From contig JAQGDQ010001225.1 in NCBI GenBank assembly GCA_030141605.1, positions 1 through 53,861 on the forward strand: DNA of 53,861 nucleotides, read 5' to 3'. Positions 1-13,190 of the stretch are shown here, one piece after another (the stretch's first letter is position 1; the number at the start of each line of letters is the position of its first letter). A program made the translations under genes and the position numbers. The notes under the pieces are model-generated. The model ran no database searches. It was not told where the DNA came from and saw only the letters and a list, made by a program, of their open reading frames with translations. This stretch comes from Tubiluchus corallicola (Eukaryota; Animalia; Priapulida).

Positions 1-142
1 AAGAGGGTTGCTGTCTGGTATGTTAATGTAGGGTTGTGCTGAATTAAAGGCAAGGTCAACGCTTCTAGGAGGTTAGGCTTATTTCAATGTTCGCGAAAAA
101 TTTCAGAATTTAGTAATAAAACTGCAATAAGCGCCTCGTGTG

Positions 143-400
143 ATTAGTAAAATCACTTTAAGGTCGTGATCACTTCATGCTTGGGCGCTCCCATTCTTCC
201 ACCAATGACGTCATAATTAGTAAAATCACTTTAAAGTCGTGATCACTTCATGCTTGGGCGTCATTCGCATTGAAGAAAGTAGCGCACTGTCAATCTTCAC
301 GAAAAAGTAGAATTAGTTTTCACAAAAACAAAGAAATGGCTAGTTTGTAATGCATAATGACACATTAAGCAGGGCGCGCTTACGAAAAGATTCGAAGTCT
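143..400 (+). repeat. Diverged dispersed repeat with internal duplication; second copy at ~38279-38500
   Basis: ATTAGTAAAATCACTTTA...GTGATC...CATTCTTCCA...GTCAATCT is shared by both loci; ~45 bp duplicated at ~143 and ~216. Confidence 0.65.
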
Positions 401-2075
401 CCCAGTTAAACCACAATTTTCAGCTGAATACGTCTAATAGTTTCTATTCGGAGGTTGCATATTTTAAATTTATCCTTTATATACAGTTCTTCACAAATTT
501 CTTTGTTATATTTTACTAAGTTTAAATGATAACAGTAAAACAAACCCAACATACTGCGTGACTTGTTCTTTCTTTTAGCACACCACAAACAGTTTAGGTG
601 ATAACAGTAAAATAAGCCCAACATACTGAGTGACTTATTCTTTTCTTTACGGGAATTAACATTATACTCTATTTGCATAATCTTATACCGGTGTAAATTC
701 TAAAAACAAAGTCTTATACTAGCCACTTGTTCAAATTTAAAGGTGAAAAAAGACAGTGTTCAAAATATCTCCCCCAAAAACCTTTCTATTCAAAGTTGTA
801 TTACTTTGCTTTACCTGTTTGAAAAAATTGTGTAACTAGAAATGAAATTTCTTGGTAACTTAAAATTTTCCCTCCGCCTGGTAAAACTTAATTAATAAAT
901 TAATTACTTTAATTTCACCTTTCCAGTGTGAATCACTGACTCACTCATCTTGTAATTTAATCATTTGCTTAGTGAAGAGTGCTGAACGAGCGCTCTGAAT
1001 ATCTTTTCAAATTTTACACTATACAGTTACTTCAAGCATCGTCAAAAATTGTTTCAAATAAATTATTGTTAAAATGGTTTATTAAAATTCACATTTTATT
1101 AAAAAAAGCCTTATGTCTGAATTAGTGAAGGAAGAGGGCACTGTCACGTCTTGAACTCATGACCTACCAATTAGATTTGTTTTGTCAATACAGATTTGTC
1201 ACAGTCACAATTCATTATCAAGTCGTGTCCTAGATATTTTATTCATTAATCAGGTAAAATTTCACTCATTAAATATTGGTGCAACAACGACGAAAGTTTG
1301 GACCTGCTAGCCTCGGGTTCGCATCCTAGATAGATAGATAGATAGATATTTTATTTCTGAAAATCAAATTTTCAACATGAGAAATACAAACTCGACGCAT
1401 ACCCGATGGTTTTATCAGCGGGCAGAGCTCGGGTAATGATTTCCAAATCATACTAACAATTTGACTCAACATAGCTGCACAAGGTATACACACAGATATA
1501 CAAATTTAGTTGTAAACTCCATGAAGCGAAAAAAACTATGTACTAAGCATTTGTACACATGTGATAAACAAATATTTTACCTATATGATAATCACAGTGA
1601 TGCGGTTATATGTCCGCTAACAAAGCTATACTATTTAATTCAAAAATCTATGCATACAGTCGTAAATGAAACTTCCAATTGACATTAATTCTCCATCAAA
1701 TAAATTTGCAATATTGCTATAATTGAGCGCGTACAGTGATCTATAAAGTGCATTTTCATGGCACTCGCACAAAAAATGCTCTTCTGTCTGAATTTCTCCA
1801 CAAAGACACATACTTTGTGGAGAAATCCCTAGCTGATTACAAATTTTCGAGCATCACCTTGACTTAACAGATTATGTGTTATACGTTACACATTTCTGCT
1901 CTCTCGTGGCTAAAATTGCTTGTTGAAATGCAGTTGCTGCGTTAATTTTGCTTCCAAATGTTACAACACATTGAAAAATATCTATATTTGATTTATTGAA
2001 ATCATTGAACCTTCTTTATGCATCGTCGAATGACCCTTTCGACAAGCGCGGAAGCGTGAATGACCACATGATGCC

Positions 2076-2090
2076 GTTGCCCATAGCAAC
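2076..2090. promoter_or_regulatory. RFX X-box-like palindrome GTTGCCCATAGCAAC
   Basis: Fits GTTRCC-N(0-3)-RGYAAC and lies in a small CpG-containing patch. Confidence 0.5.
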
Positions 2091-2920
2091 GCTCGATAAA
2101 CATTCAACAAAGAACTCATGTTACAGTTTGCTTTAAATTATTGCAATGAGCACTTTGCCCTGACAGAAATTAATGAATGGCCTTGACACTTCAGGCCCGC
2201 AATGCCCCACATTTTACCCAGACCGTTGAAAACTTTAAATTTCGAATTCGATGGCAGGAAATTTCTATTGAAATTTCTGTTGAAAAATAACCATTTAACC
2301 AACGTAAGTTTCTGAGCAGGTAGAGATATGAATATGAGCATTTTCAATTGTTCATCTATGGGCCTAAATTTCAACCAGTCCTAAAGCATTTCGAAATTTT
2401 GCCATTTACTCATTTTGAGGTAAACAATTCGTACTAAATTTTCAGAAAAAGATACATTGGCAACTTTGGAACGCGTGTCTGTTAACAGTTAGCTTGCTAT
2501 CATCATTTTAGGAGCAGCGAGCAATGACTATGTAGAATGTTCGCGAATTTATATTTTTCAAAAAATCACCCCAATTATAGATACATTTAACTGTAAAAAT
2601 AAAGAAAAAAATTACCTAAATTATTTTAAATGGATCTTCAGGTATTGTTTAAAAATCATGCTGTTAAAACACTAGCATTTTGAATAGACAACTTAGAATA
2701 GAATGTCTAACCAGGCGGCATGACGACACTGTAACAGTGACGTCACAATGTGTTTGCAAATATGGATGCCATTATGGAAATCTGGACTTCCCACGACATT
2801 GTAGCAGTATTTTTTATCAAACCATGTGCGTCCAATTTCGTACCAACATTGAAGTAAAATATCCTACGCTGTACCAACATTGTAGCAATATTTTTTGAAC
2901 ATATTTTTGTCAAGATCTGA

Positions 2921-3143
2921 ACAAGATCGTGGCCACATGTTGACAATATAGTGACAAGATCGTGGCCACATGTTGACAATATAGTGACAAGATCGGGCCA
3001 CATGTTGATAATATAGTGACAAGATCGTGGCCACATGTTGACAATATAGTGACAAGATCGGGCCACATGTTGACAATATAGTGACAAGATCGGGCCACAT
3101 GTTGACAATATAGTGACAAGATCGTGGCCACATGTTGACAATA
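2921..3143. repeat. Minisatellite, 32/33-bp unit, ~7 copies
   Basis: ACAAGATCG(T)GGCCACATGTTGACAATATAGTG repeated. Confidence 0.95.
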
Positions 3144-4504
3144 TTATGTGCTGCCTGGACACAGTGGCACTATAAACTGTACGAACGAATATGGAAAGTT
3201 AATCTGTAATTCACCCAATTGTTCATGTGCGTGATACATTATTGTTTTAACACACAAACCATATTATCATACGAAACCTCAACAAGTCTGACCCCAAAAA
3301 GTGAAACGTTTAACCTGAACGCGGATCCATGTCAAAAATAATAAAGGATTTATACCTAGCAGTGTGAAACACGTACAATCATTTGTACTCTGAAACTTTG
3401 ATTTCGCACGCAATCGACACAAAAGCTACAAACTACTATCCCGTGTTTGCTTGTGTGGTCGAAACCAACACGAGTTCGACGCCTTGCTTGGTAGTAACAA
3501 GAAGCGTGAGAAATTGCAGGTTTGCGAGAACGGTTGCCCTAGTCTGACAGAACTGAAGATGATTTTACGTGAATTTAGATTACAATTTCTTCAACTCTCA
3601 CAGTTTTACTGTTTGCATTTAATAAAAGTATCTAAACACATACATACAAATTCAATAATTTTTCACTGAAAGCTGCTCAGTAAATACCATGGAAATTATG
3701 CCTACGTGTCACTTCACTAAACGAAAAACCGACTTTATAGTTTTACAATCCGTGCCTGGATAGTTACGTTTGGAGAACTACACTATTTAGCAGTGCAAAT
3801 AAGCCTGCAGACTAAATATAGACTAAAAATTAATACTATTAGGTTCCTGCTGCAGTGTTTAATAACTGATTAAAATCTTATACAAACGAGCAATATTTTG
3901 TTGCTTATTTCTGGCATTGCACATTTTAACAGGCTAAAAACACGCAAATAAATGAAAACAAATAAATGCGTTGAATTGTACAAGATATGTACAAAAAATG
4001 TACAGCATACTATTAAAAACAACAGCAATCCAGATAACACGATCAAATAAAAAATTAAATCATGTGTAAAATATCAAAATCTATAGGTACAAAAATATTA
4101 CTGAACCGGGTGAAATAAAAACACGTTATGTACTGCAAAATTCGAGTAGATGTTGCCAAGTATTTAATAGCAAGTACTACAAACTATTTACAAACTTTAA
4201 CACAAGTCTTTAGACGTGGACAATAATAAATACGTAAATGCTAGTACACCACAGGCAGTTGTGCAACCTGTAATTAATATACAGAGGTTTATCTGCTGTA
4301 TGAACGTGAACAACAACAAAATACTTATAGTACACCATAAGTAGTTGTGCTTTCATTTATTATAAAGAACTTTTGCTGCTCATCAAACGTAAATATACAT
4401 AAATAATTTTACTGGCACATATTACTGCTCCATCTAAGAATAAGATATGGATTCAAATTAGTTAATCTGTAAACTAAATAAAGATTTTTAAGCTAAACAA
4501 TAAG

Positions 4505-4675
4505 CAGTTTATCCATGTGAATATCCGTTTACATGGAGATAAACAAAAAGTTAATATTCATGTGTACCTTGATTCACACGTGAATAAAACCAAATTGATA
4601 TTCACGTGTATATTCGCTCACATGTGAATAAACAAGAAGTTTACAGTCATGTGAATAAATATTGAATGAATATTC
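4505..4675. repeat. Degenerate tandem repeat of ~43 bp with internal ATTCAC...GTGAAT dyads
   Basis: About four diverged units. Confidence 0.55.
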
Positions 4676-6354
4676 GGACGTACAAGTTTTTAAAAAAGCA
4701 CGTACGTGCACACACGCGCACACATATACATAAGGATATGTGTGTGTATGTGTAGTGCATATCTACGCTCGTACACGCATACACGCATGAACAAAATTAA
4801 CATGACCTGCTCGATGCATTTTAATTTTGCTGTGTAAACTCATCAGTAGCAACCCAGAAGGTTTAATTTAACTAGACCAACTTGTATAACAGGTCGGAGA
4901 AAGCTCTTGGATAAACAGGATAAACAAACAAACAAGCTTGTAAACAAACACATCAACACCGTGACCCGCCCAATCTAAAGTTCAGTTATTAGGCTCATAT
5001 GACCCATGCTCATATGACACGGAAATTTAAATTACTAAAAAATTGGGATTTACTAGATATGACTTCACATCTTGCGATGATAACAAAATTTCATCAAAAT
5101 GATACGAAAAAATCTGAACAGTTGAAGTAACTTATAATCTATGGATACAATCACAGATGGTATAATAAAAAGAATTATGTTTCTATTATTTTTTATTTTA
5201 TTTTATGTTTATTTCAGTACATAAAAATTGCCATAGAAAATAAACAGATATTTCAACAAGCACATCACTATTTTGTTATTCAAAAGATAAAACATTTTGA
5301 CATAATTACAATGAACAATGAAAATAAAAATTATTTTATTGTTATTGTTATTATTATTATTATTATTACTATTATTATTATTCCACTTTGCAGCCAATTA
5401 CAGAAATAATAATAAGACAGACTGTAAGCCACAGTTTAAAATGCAAGTGCGCCTGTTGAGATTTAGCAGAATTTCTAACGCACCACAAATAGTTCATGGC
5501 ATGTCATGGGGCATGCTTACACACCACAAACAGTTACTGGAGATATTATGCGTACCATTTATAGATAATTTTCATTATTAAAAGTGACCATTAACATTCA
5601 AAATAAACAGACCAGGACTTGAGTAAAAGTTCTTCTGTTTTTTCAGTTGCTCAAAAACGAACTCAAAGCTTTCGCCAGTATTTTGAGTCAATTTGAGTAA
5701 ACCAAGTTACTGCATTGAGTAACAATTTTTCAACCTTTTTCAGTCATCGTAAAACAAAAACAAACCTTTCAAATGCATTATGAGTATTTTGAGTCATTTC
5801 GAGTAACCTATATTACTCATCACTCATTCCTAAATTCCATGTTTTCACCGTCGGGGCTGCAGAAGTGCTATATTCAAATAGCTACGCTGCCCAAATTAAG
5901 TTACATTACAATTTTTTATTCTCTTTTTCGGGTTTTCTGAAAAAATCAAAGATTTCGCCTATTTGTCTAGAAGCCACTACGATAGTTAATTGGTAAAACT
6001 GAAAACACCAGATATTCACTTCAAAATTCCTCTTCAATCTAGAATGGTTCACACGGGGGGGGGACTTGCAGCGGTGCATAAAATTATAATCACACAGGAC
6101 GTGGATGCGACGAAATAATGACTGGTCCATGAGAGTGTTCTGGTTAATGCCCTTATACAGGGTGTCCCGGAAGTTCAGCACTCAGACTGTACGTCCCAGA
6201 ATAAAAAACTTGGAAAGTTGGTTCGTTTTGTTTTTAGTTTACCCTAAGTTAATAGGTACCAAAAAAGATAATTATTTATACATGGTGCTGTCATACAAGT
6301 GTTAAAGTAAAAGCAAAATTGTCTTGATTTTCTTATTTCCTTTAACTCTGTAGA

Positions 6355-6625
<271 letters not shown>

Positions 6626-8944
6626 ATAGTAACATTATTCAACATATTTGAATAAGCCTTTTCGCAGTTTTGCTGTGCGCGCGACCAATTTTCGTAAGTC
6701 AGAGATTAAATGTACCACAGCAATGCGTGTTAACTACAACCATCACATGACATGTGTATAAAGCAAAGCCATCTGCCACATCTGTTCAGTAACATGACTT
6801 GTTTTACGTCGACTTTACTTAATTATCCATTACACTGTGCTTTGAGTAATTTACTGGCAGGATCTTGCTTGGGAATAAGAAAAAATGAACTAGGTAAGGT
6901 TCTAGCTAGCTGTTAAAACCTTCGATCTCTTCACAATCATCATCAATCACTGAAGTTGTGAAAAGGCTTATCTTGATATTGGGGTACAGGGTGTTCCAAA
7001 ACAAACAGTGCACTAAGGAACGGTATATATAAGCATCAATACTACACAATTCAAAGTCCAATGGTGACAGACCCACTTCCAGAATTTATTTAATCTCTTA
7101 TTTAATTATTATCACATTAATGACAAGCATATCATTGATAAAGTTTTAATAAAATTTTGATATTAAACTTGAAAGACTAGGATGTAACCTGGATTTGAAC
7201 CAGGAACCTTGCGCTTGCAGTGGAGCTGTCTTAATCAAGTTTGCCAGTTATATAGATTGAACTTTGGACTACCTCGACCACATGGAACTGCGGTGACCCA
7301 TTGATTAAGGCTGCTGCCTTGCAAGCAGAAGCTCACTGGTTCAAACCCATACTGTATCACAATTTTTTGCACTTCATGTCTTTCAAGTTTGATAAAAATG
7401 TAGATTTGCGACATTATTTATAATATTTTACTATATGATTTAAACTAGGTTGTGCTTCTTTATGATTTGACCGCCGGTCAGCATAATCGTTTTCAGTATA
7501 CATTGCATCAGCATATTCCTACAGTAGTGTTTGTTTTGGAACAACCTTTATCAAGCCACGCCAACTGTAAACTCATTATTTCAATAATCGCAATAAGATT
7601 CATGTCATATCAAGTATGTGCAAACGAACTGCCCTACCCTTCCACTTGAAAAACTTGACTCACCAAATTTGCTCAATGATAGAATTTGCACTGGGTGAAA
7701 GAGTTAACCTATTTAACACTTTACCAACTGATAATGTGATAGAACGCTGCAGGTGTCAAAGCATTGATGCGATTAATACTTCCGAATGTTCTACATTTTA
7801 CAACGCTGAAGTCAATTCGTTTGAATTACTTGTTAACTGCACAATGTTAGAACTCTTCAATGAACTCGAACTACAATTTTCTGACACGTAAAATGAGCCC
7901 CAGTTGTAAATATTTCTAATACGTGAATTAAAAATATCTATCTTCCCAGGCAGAGCTTTCATAGTCTTCCATAATTAGCGGTACAAAATGAGTCCCACAT
8001 AAGTTTTACCAAATAATTGGTCATTACTATACTATACTAATATCAATAAGGCGAAATTAGGGTAAATCTTTAGTGCTTAGCGTGCGTATAATAAAGATTA
8101 ATAGGGCATATCGATCTCTCAAGATCAATAATAAGCCGACAAAGAGCCGACTGTAACTAATTCTATATTAGTGAAATTTCTCACTGTGTCTTAACATAAT
8201 AATTAGACATTTGAATCGTAATAAGCGTTGAACTAAGCTCACAGTTTTTCCAGATATACCAAATATGGAAAGTTACACATTATCAAGTTAAAGAATAAAT
8301 ATCAAACGTTATCACCGCAGTTTACATCTACAAAGGTACGTTGCTAGGCTCTTTATATTTACATTTAGAGGCCCACGCGATATTTAACGTATCTATGCCT
8401 ATTTACATATAGGCCATAGTTACGCATGTGGCTCACCCAAATGTCAGCGAGTCACAGACAGTGGATACAATAAACAGCAACTAAATTACTTTATTATTAA
8501 GTTTTAGGCCTACACAAAGATATGTGAAAATAAGCCTATAGTAAGCACATATCCAAAAAAGTTTAGGAAATAAATAATTATTAAAAATGTAGGCCTACTT
8601 ACCCGCATAAAGGCTTAATGTTATAATCCAAGTTGGTTCGCTAAAGCCAAATTCTTCAAATTAAATCACTAATAATCATTTATGGACAGAACTCAAAAAA
8701 CAACAACATTCTAACCAAGCAATGTGACTACCTACAGCTGTAATTCACTGAGACAGGTAGACTAGAGATACTAATCACAGGTAGATTTTCACGTTCAGAC
8801 AATAACACATGTGTTCAGGTAAGTGATGCTGAGTTCTCTCTCCTACCTCTCTCTACACACCTGTTCAAACGACAATCTGTACTGTTAGATACCTGCCGGG
8901 TGCATTCACCTTGATGTGAGTGAGCATCAATGAACTGAAAGGCT

Positions 8945-8969
8945 GCTACCATGGTAATGCGCATGCGCC
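8945..8969. promoter_or_regulatory. X-box-like GCTACCATGGTAAT fused to an NRF1 motif TGCGCATGCGC
   Basis: Exact GCGCATGCGC palindrome in AT-rich background; no downstream gene firmly identified. Confidence 0.45.
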
Positions 8970-9992
8970 GTTTCACTCTGATCAACTGCACAAAAATTGT
9001 ACTTGATATAAGCATTTTTAAGACTGAACACCTGCGCAGTTTTATTGTGTTTTTGTTTGTTTGTTTGTTTGTTTGTTCGATTGTTTGCTTGTTTATTAGT
9101 TCTTTTGCACTGTTTATTTCATCATTTATTCATTAAAGACAAAACAAGACAAAGAAACAGAAGTCAAAATAAAAAGTGGCAATTTGCAGGAAAAGAAAAA
9201 GAGAAAACAAAAAGTAGCTGAGATGAAAGAAGATCGTAGGAAAGAAGGAAGAGAAAGAAAAGGAACAGAACAATCCTATTATACGCCAGACAAAAAATTA
9301 AAATTGACTTTCTAGTTTCAAGTATGATAACGACGATGATGATGATGACAAAATATAAGTAAGCAAGTTATTTTGGGGATGGGTGAATAACACAGTGGTT
9401 ACAGCACACGTGCTGCGGCCAAAATAAATTAATCCTGTTAGTCAGTAAATGAGTGGGAGACTGCCTGGGTTCAATACTCGTTCAATGGCTTTCTTTGGAC
9501 ACTGATTGTAGTTCCATCGTGGTAAGACATCTCCGTCAATTCCAACGGTTCATCTCAGAGAGAACTAATTATGACTCTTCGATAATAAATCAGATTCTGA
9601 ATGCTTCATCACAATTATTGAGCAGGCTCTGCCCTACAGTTGAGTGCTGGATTCTTTCTTGCAGAACACTTAAAGATAAAAAAATAAATAAGTTTGAAAG
9701 TGCTAAGTATGATGACGATGATCAAAGCTAGTTGATGGACATTGATTTGTGCACTTTATAGCTTTGCTTATGTTGTTAGACTGGAGTTGTAATAAGCGTT
9801 ACGCTTAAACTTGATATATACTTACTGATAAAAAAAAGGTATCATAATGTAATGAGAATTACGAATCTTTAACTACGTAATAATAATAATAATATGTATC
9901 AGAGCTATGAAATCGATTTAATTGCATTGTGCTGCCATCTATCCCAAAAGTTTGGTCTCACTGTTGCTGGGCACAATCACCAGGTGTTCCCA

Positions 9993-10000
9993 CGGAAGTG
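9993..10000 (+). promoter_or_regulatory. ETS/GABP-like motif CGGAAGTG upstream of PCBD exon 1
   Basis: Motif match and position only. Confidence 0.4.
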
Positions 10001-10031
10001 ACGACAGTTTCCGCTTCATGCCGCCGTAAGC

Positions 10032-10076
10032 ATGCGGCCTTTAGTGTTTGGAACGGTTAGACGGTTTGCGAAAATG
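10032..10076 (+). CDS. PCBD: PCBD exon 1 (MRPLVFGTVRRFAKM; second in-frame ATG at 10074-10076 just before the donor)
   Basis: ATG|gtatgg donor in phase 0 joins exon 2. An ETS-like CGGAAGTG lies just upstream. Which ATG is used is inferred. Confidence 0.7.
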
Positions 10077-10409
10077 GTATGGAATTTTATTTCTTAACTG
10101 TACTCAATGTATATGCAAAATTCACAACTATTTACTAATGAACTATTATTTTTGAAGTACAGGTTAAGGAAGACTTGCTTATTTACCTTTTGATCTTAAC
10201 TGACAATCATTATTTTGTGCTGTTCATAATAACTAATCGTCACGTTAGGGTATAATATTGATAATCTTAAATTATAATATCTCTATAGCGAACCCAATTG
10301 GTGTAATATTAGTTTCACAAATACCTTAATGTGTACTAAAATAAGCACTTTATTGATACAGCTATATGGCTGTGTTGACAGTAACTGCTACACTACAAAA
10401 ACAATGTGC

Positions 10410-10745
10410 ATGCACATTGTTTTTGTAAAGAAAGGTTTTCTCTTTTTGCAATATTACTGCATTCATATTGTATTTATAAAGAAAGGTTTTGTCTTTTTTG
10501 CAAAACTACTGCATTCGTATGGTTTTTATAAAGACAGATTTTGTCTTTTTGCAAAACTACTGCATTCGTATGGTTTTTATAAAGACAGATTTTGTCTTTT
10601 TGCAAAACTACTCCATTCGTATTGTTTTTATAAAGAAAGATTTTGTCTTTTTGCAAAACTACTGCATTCGTATTGTTTTTATAAAGAAAGATTTTGTTTT
10701 TTTGCAAAACTACTGCATTCGTATTGTTTTTATAAAGAAAGGGGT
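10410..10745. repeat. Minisatellite, 51-bp unit, ~6.5 copies (PCBD intron 1)
   Basis: CAAAACTAC recurs at 10501, 10552 and 10603. Confidence 0.95.
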
Positions 10746-11449
10746 TTTCTAGATTTTTTACATTGAAAATGCTAGAATTCAGAAATATTGCAATGATTAT
10801 TTTACATTTATTCATTTAGTCATTATTGTTATATTATTCATAATAATAAATAAAGTTTATATTTATATAAATTTTCATACAAAATGCAAAAAATTATATA
10901 TATATATATAATTTTTCGCGTTTTGTATGAAAATTTTTAATAATTTTATTGGTGTTATGATATCTTTAATATGTAATTATAATTATGACATTTTACTGTA
11001 CAGAGCCACTGAAAGTACTTTTGCTTGAAGATACAATTTATAGTAACAAATGTTATTTACTAAATATTCTGTTTGCATCCTTGCAGACAATGGAAAAAAG
11101 CAATCTTAGATTGATAGTAATTGAGAAACGTTATTTTCTTTCTCTATTTGATTTTTACCTGCATTTTAAAACTTACATTAATCAATATCAATCAAGTTAT
11201 GAACTTAAGTTAATGGCAAATTTATATTTTCGTGAAAAATCAGGGTTTTTCTTCACTGACCTAAAAAGTTTCTAGAACAGAAACTCTAAAACAGGATCAA
11301 TTTAGCAGCCCAAAACCGGACAGTTTGCAGTCCTAGCAAGAATTGACCTGTGATTCATTTTGCTTTTCAATGCGTGTTTTTTTTCTGAAAATACCGATGC
11401 TAAGTCTAGAATTTTACATAATTTCAACTTGCACTATTTTTTCCTATAG

Positions 11450-11587
11450 GCATCAGAAGCAAAGCGAGTGAAATTATCTGGTGATGAAAGGACGAGTAGT
11501 CTCGCCGGACTGACATCTGGTGGATGGACTGAAGTCGATGGTCGAGACGCCATTTACAAAGAGTTCCTCTTTCAGAACTTCAATCAG
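11450..11587 (+). CDS. PCBD: Pterin-4-alpha-carbinolamine dehydratase exon 2
   Basis: ttcctatag acceptor; translates ASEAKRVKLSGDERTSSLAGLTSGGWTEVDGRDAIYKEFLFQNFNQ, matching the PCBD GW..GRDAI.K.F.F..FN motif; GT donor at 11588. Confidence 0.93.
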
Positions 11588-11601
11588 GTCATTGCATTAT
11601 T

Positions 11602-11960
11602 TTGGGTATTATAAAATTTCAAACAAAGATCTATATGAAAAAATAAAAGAAGAACCTTGGACAAGAAAAATAAAAAGACGCCGTTTAAGATGGATTGGAC
11701 ACATGCTTAGAGACTACCTGATGATATTCCAGTGAAGATAGATCTTCAACAAGCCATAGAACCAGCTAAAAAGACCTGCAGGAGGACAAATGTTAACATA
11801 TTTAGATTTTGCACAGAAAGATTTAAACACTTCAACATTGATCTTTAGAAATAAATGTACTTGGGGCATTGCAGCGAGTAGGGAGTCCTGGCATAGGGAG
11901 GTGAACAGAATCATGTCACTGGATGTATGATTCATTTGATGATGATGATGATGATGATGA
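11602..11960 (+). mobile_element. 5'-truncated RTE-type LINE fragment
   Basis: Degenerate ORF KISNKDLYEKIKEEPWTRKIKRRRLRWIGHMLR (RRLRWxGHxxR motif at the LINE C-terminus), (GAT)n tail, TSD CATTATT at 11595-11601 and 11961-11967. Confidence 0.85.
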
Positions 11961-12308
11961 CATTATTCTCTCGTTTTTAGACTTTCATTTTGTTTCTTTC
12001 TTTTATAAAACTGATTCATTTTGCTTTGCAAGAATTACACTGAAAGTAAACAGCTATTTAGAACGTTGTTTTAAATGAAGTATAAGAATAATTTTCTTGT
12101 ACTTTCTTCCTGTAATGGATCCTGTCTTCATTCGATTTGTCAAGTGTCGTATTTTTAGAGGAATTTTCCCAGTTATGCGCATGCTGTGGAGATCACATAA
12201 ATAAATGTGGATCTATTTATATATTTATCTCTCATAGTCCACATGTTAATATAATTTTATTACTAAACAAAGAGAACTTTGTTATAGACTCTATCTATCT
12301 CTACATTA

Positions 12309-12679
12309 CAGTCGACCCTCGTTAAACCGGACCCCGTTAGCCCGGATATCGGATAAAACGGACGTCATCCGTGGTAAAGGAAACTGACCGATTTCCGTCC
12401 GAGCCGGAGCGCTAAACACAACAAGGCCTACCAACTGTACAATAATTTCTTTATCCTCACAGTTTAACTATTTTAAAGTAATATACAGTATAGTATATTA
12501 CTATATATACTATATATGCAGTACAGTATATAGTGCACAGTATATAGTCAAATGTACATATATTTAGGTGATTATTCCTGTATAATATAGACCATATATA
12601 GGCATATCGGATAAATCGGACAATCTGCTAAATCGGACCCCCCCCCCCCCCATTAGTCTGGTTTAACGAGGGTTGACTG
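12309..12679. mobile_element. pogo/Tigger-like MITE in PCBD intron 2
   Basis: TIR CAGTCGACCCTCGTTAAACCGGAC / GTCTGGTTTAACGAGGGTTGACTG, flanked by TA on both sides. Confidence 0.9.
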
Positions 12680-13190
12680 TAATTGGGGAACAGCCTGTAA
12701 AAACATAGCGTTACAGTGAGACTTTTTATACAGTAACTAACCAAATGTTCAATATCTTTTTTATCATTTGAAGTGATTTATCATGTCATCTGAAAAACAG
12801 ATTATCGATATCTTATCGTTCAAAAAAGGTATCACGAATTTTGTATCGTTTAACATCACTAGATGGCAGCTGTGTAGCTGCACTTGATCCCTACAGCTTG
12901 AGGCATCCATCCTGGGTGTTACCTGGTGTTTTACTTCCGGAAAGTTCACTATCAATTTTCAGTGGGAAAGCTTTGTAAATTGTATATTTGTGAAACGTTA
13001 CATCAAGCTGCAAAGCTTTCCTGCTAGAAATTGTCTGCTATGACGTGGAATGAAGCAAATGCCAAACAATGACATAAGTTCTGCCAAAACACTAACAACG
13101 TAGCGCCATCTAGAGACGGAAATAAAAAGTTATTGGCATCTGATCATCACGCATATGAGGGCGTCACAAACAGTTTTTGAAGATTTTTAA

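Noticed and set aside
1792-1832. Helitron 3' end (perfect 14-bp hairpin followed by CTAG)
   Set aside because: CTAG is only 2 nt from the stem and is not followed by T; no 5' end or second copy seen.
2743-3162. Cys/His-rich repetitive ORFs (similar cases at 10329-10815 and 16043-17259)
   Set aside because: Minisatellite translations, open in several frames.
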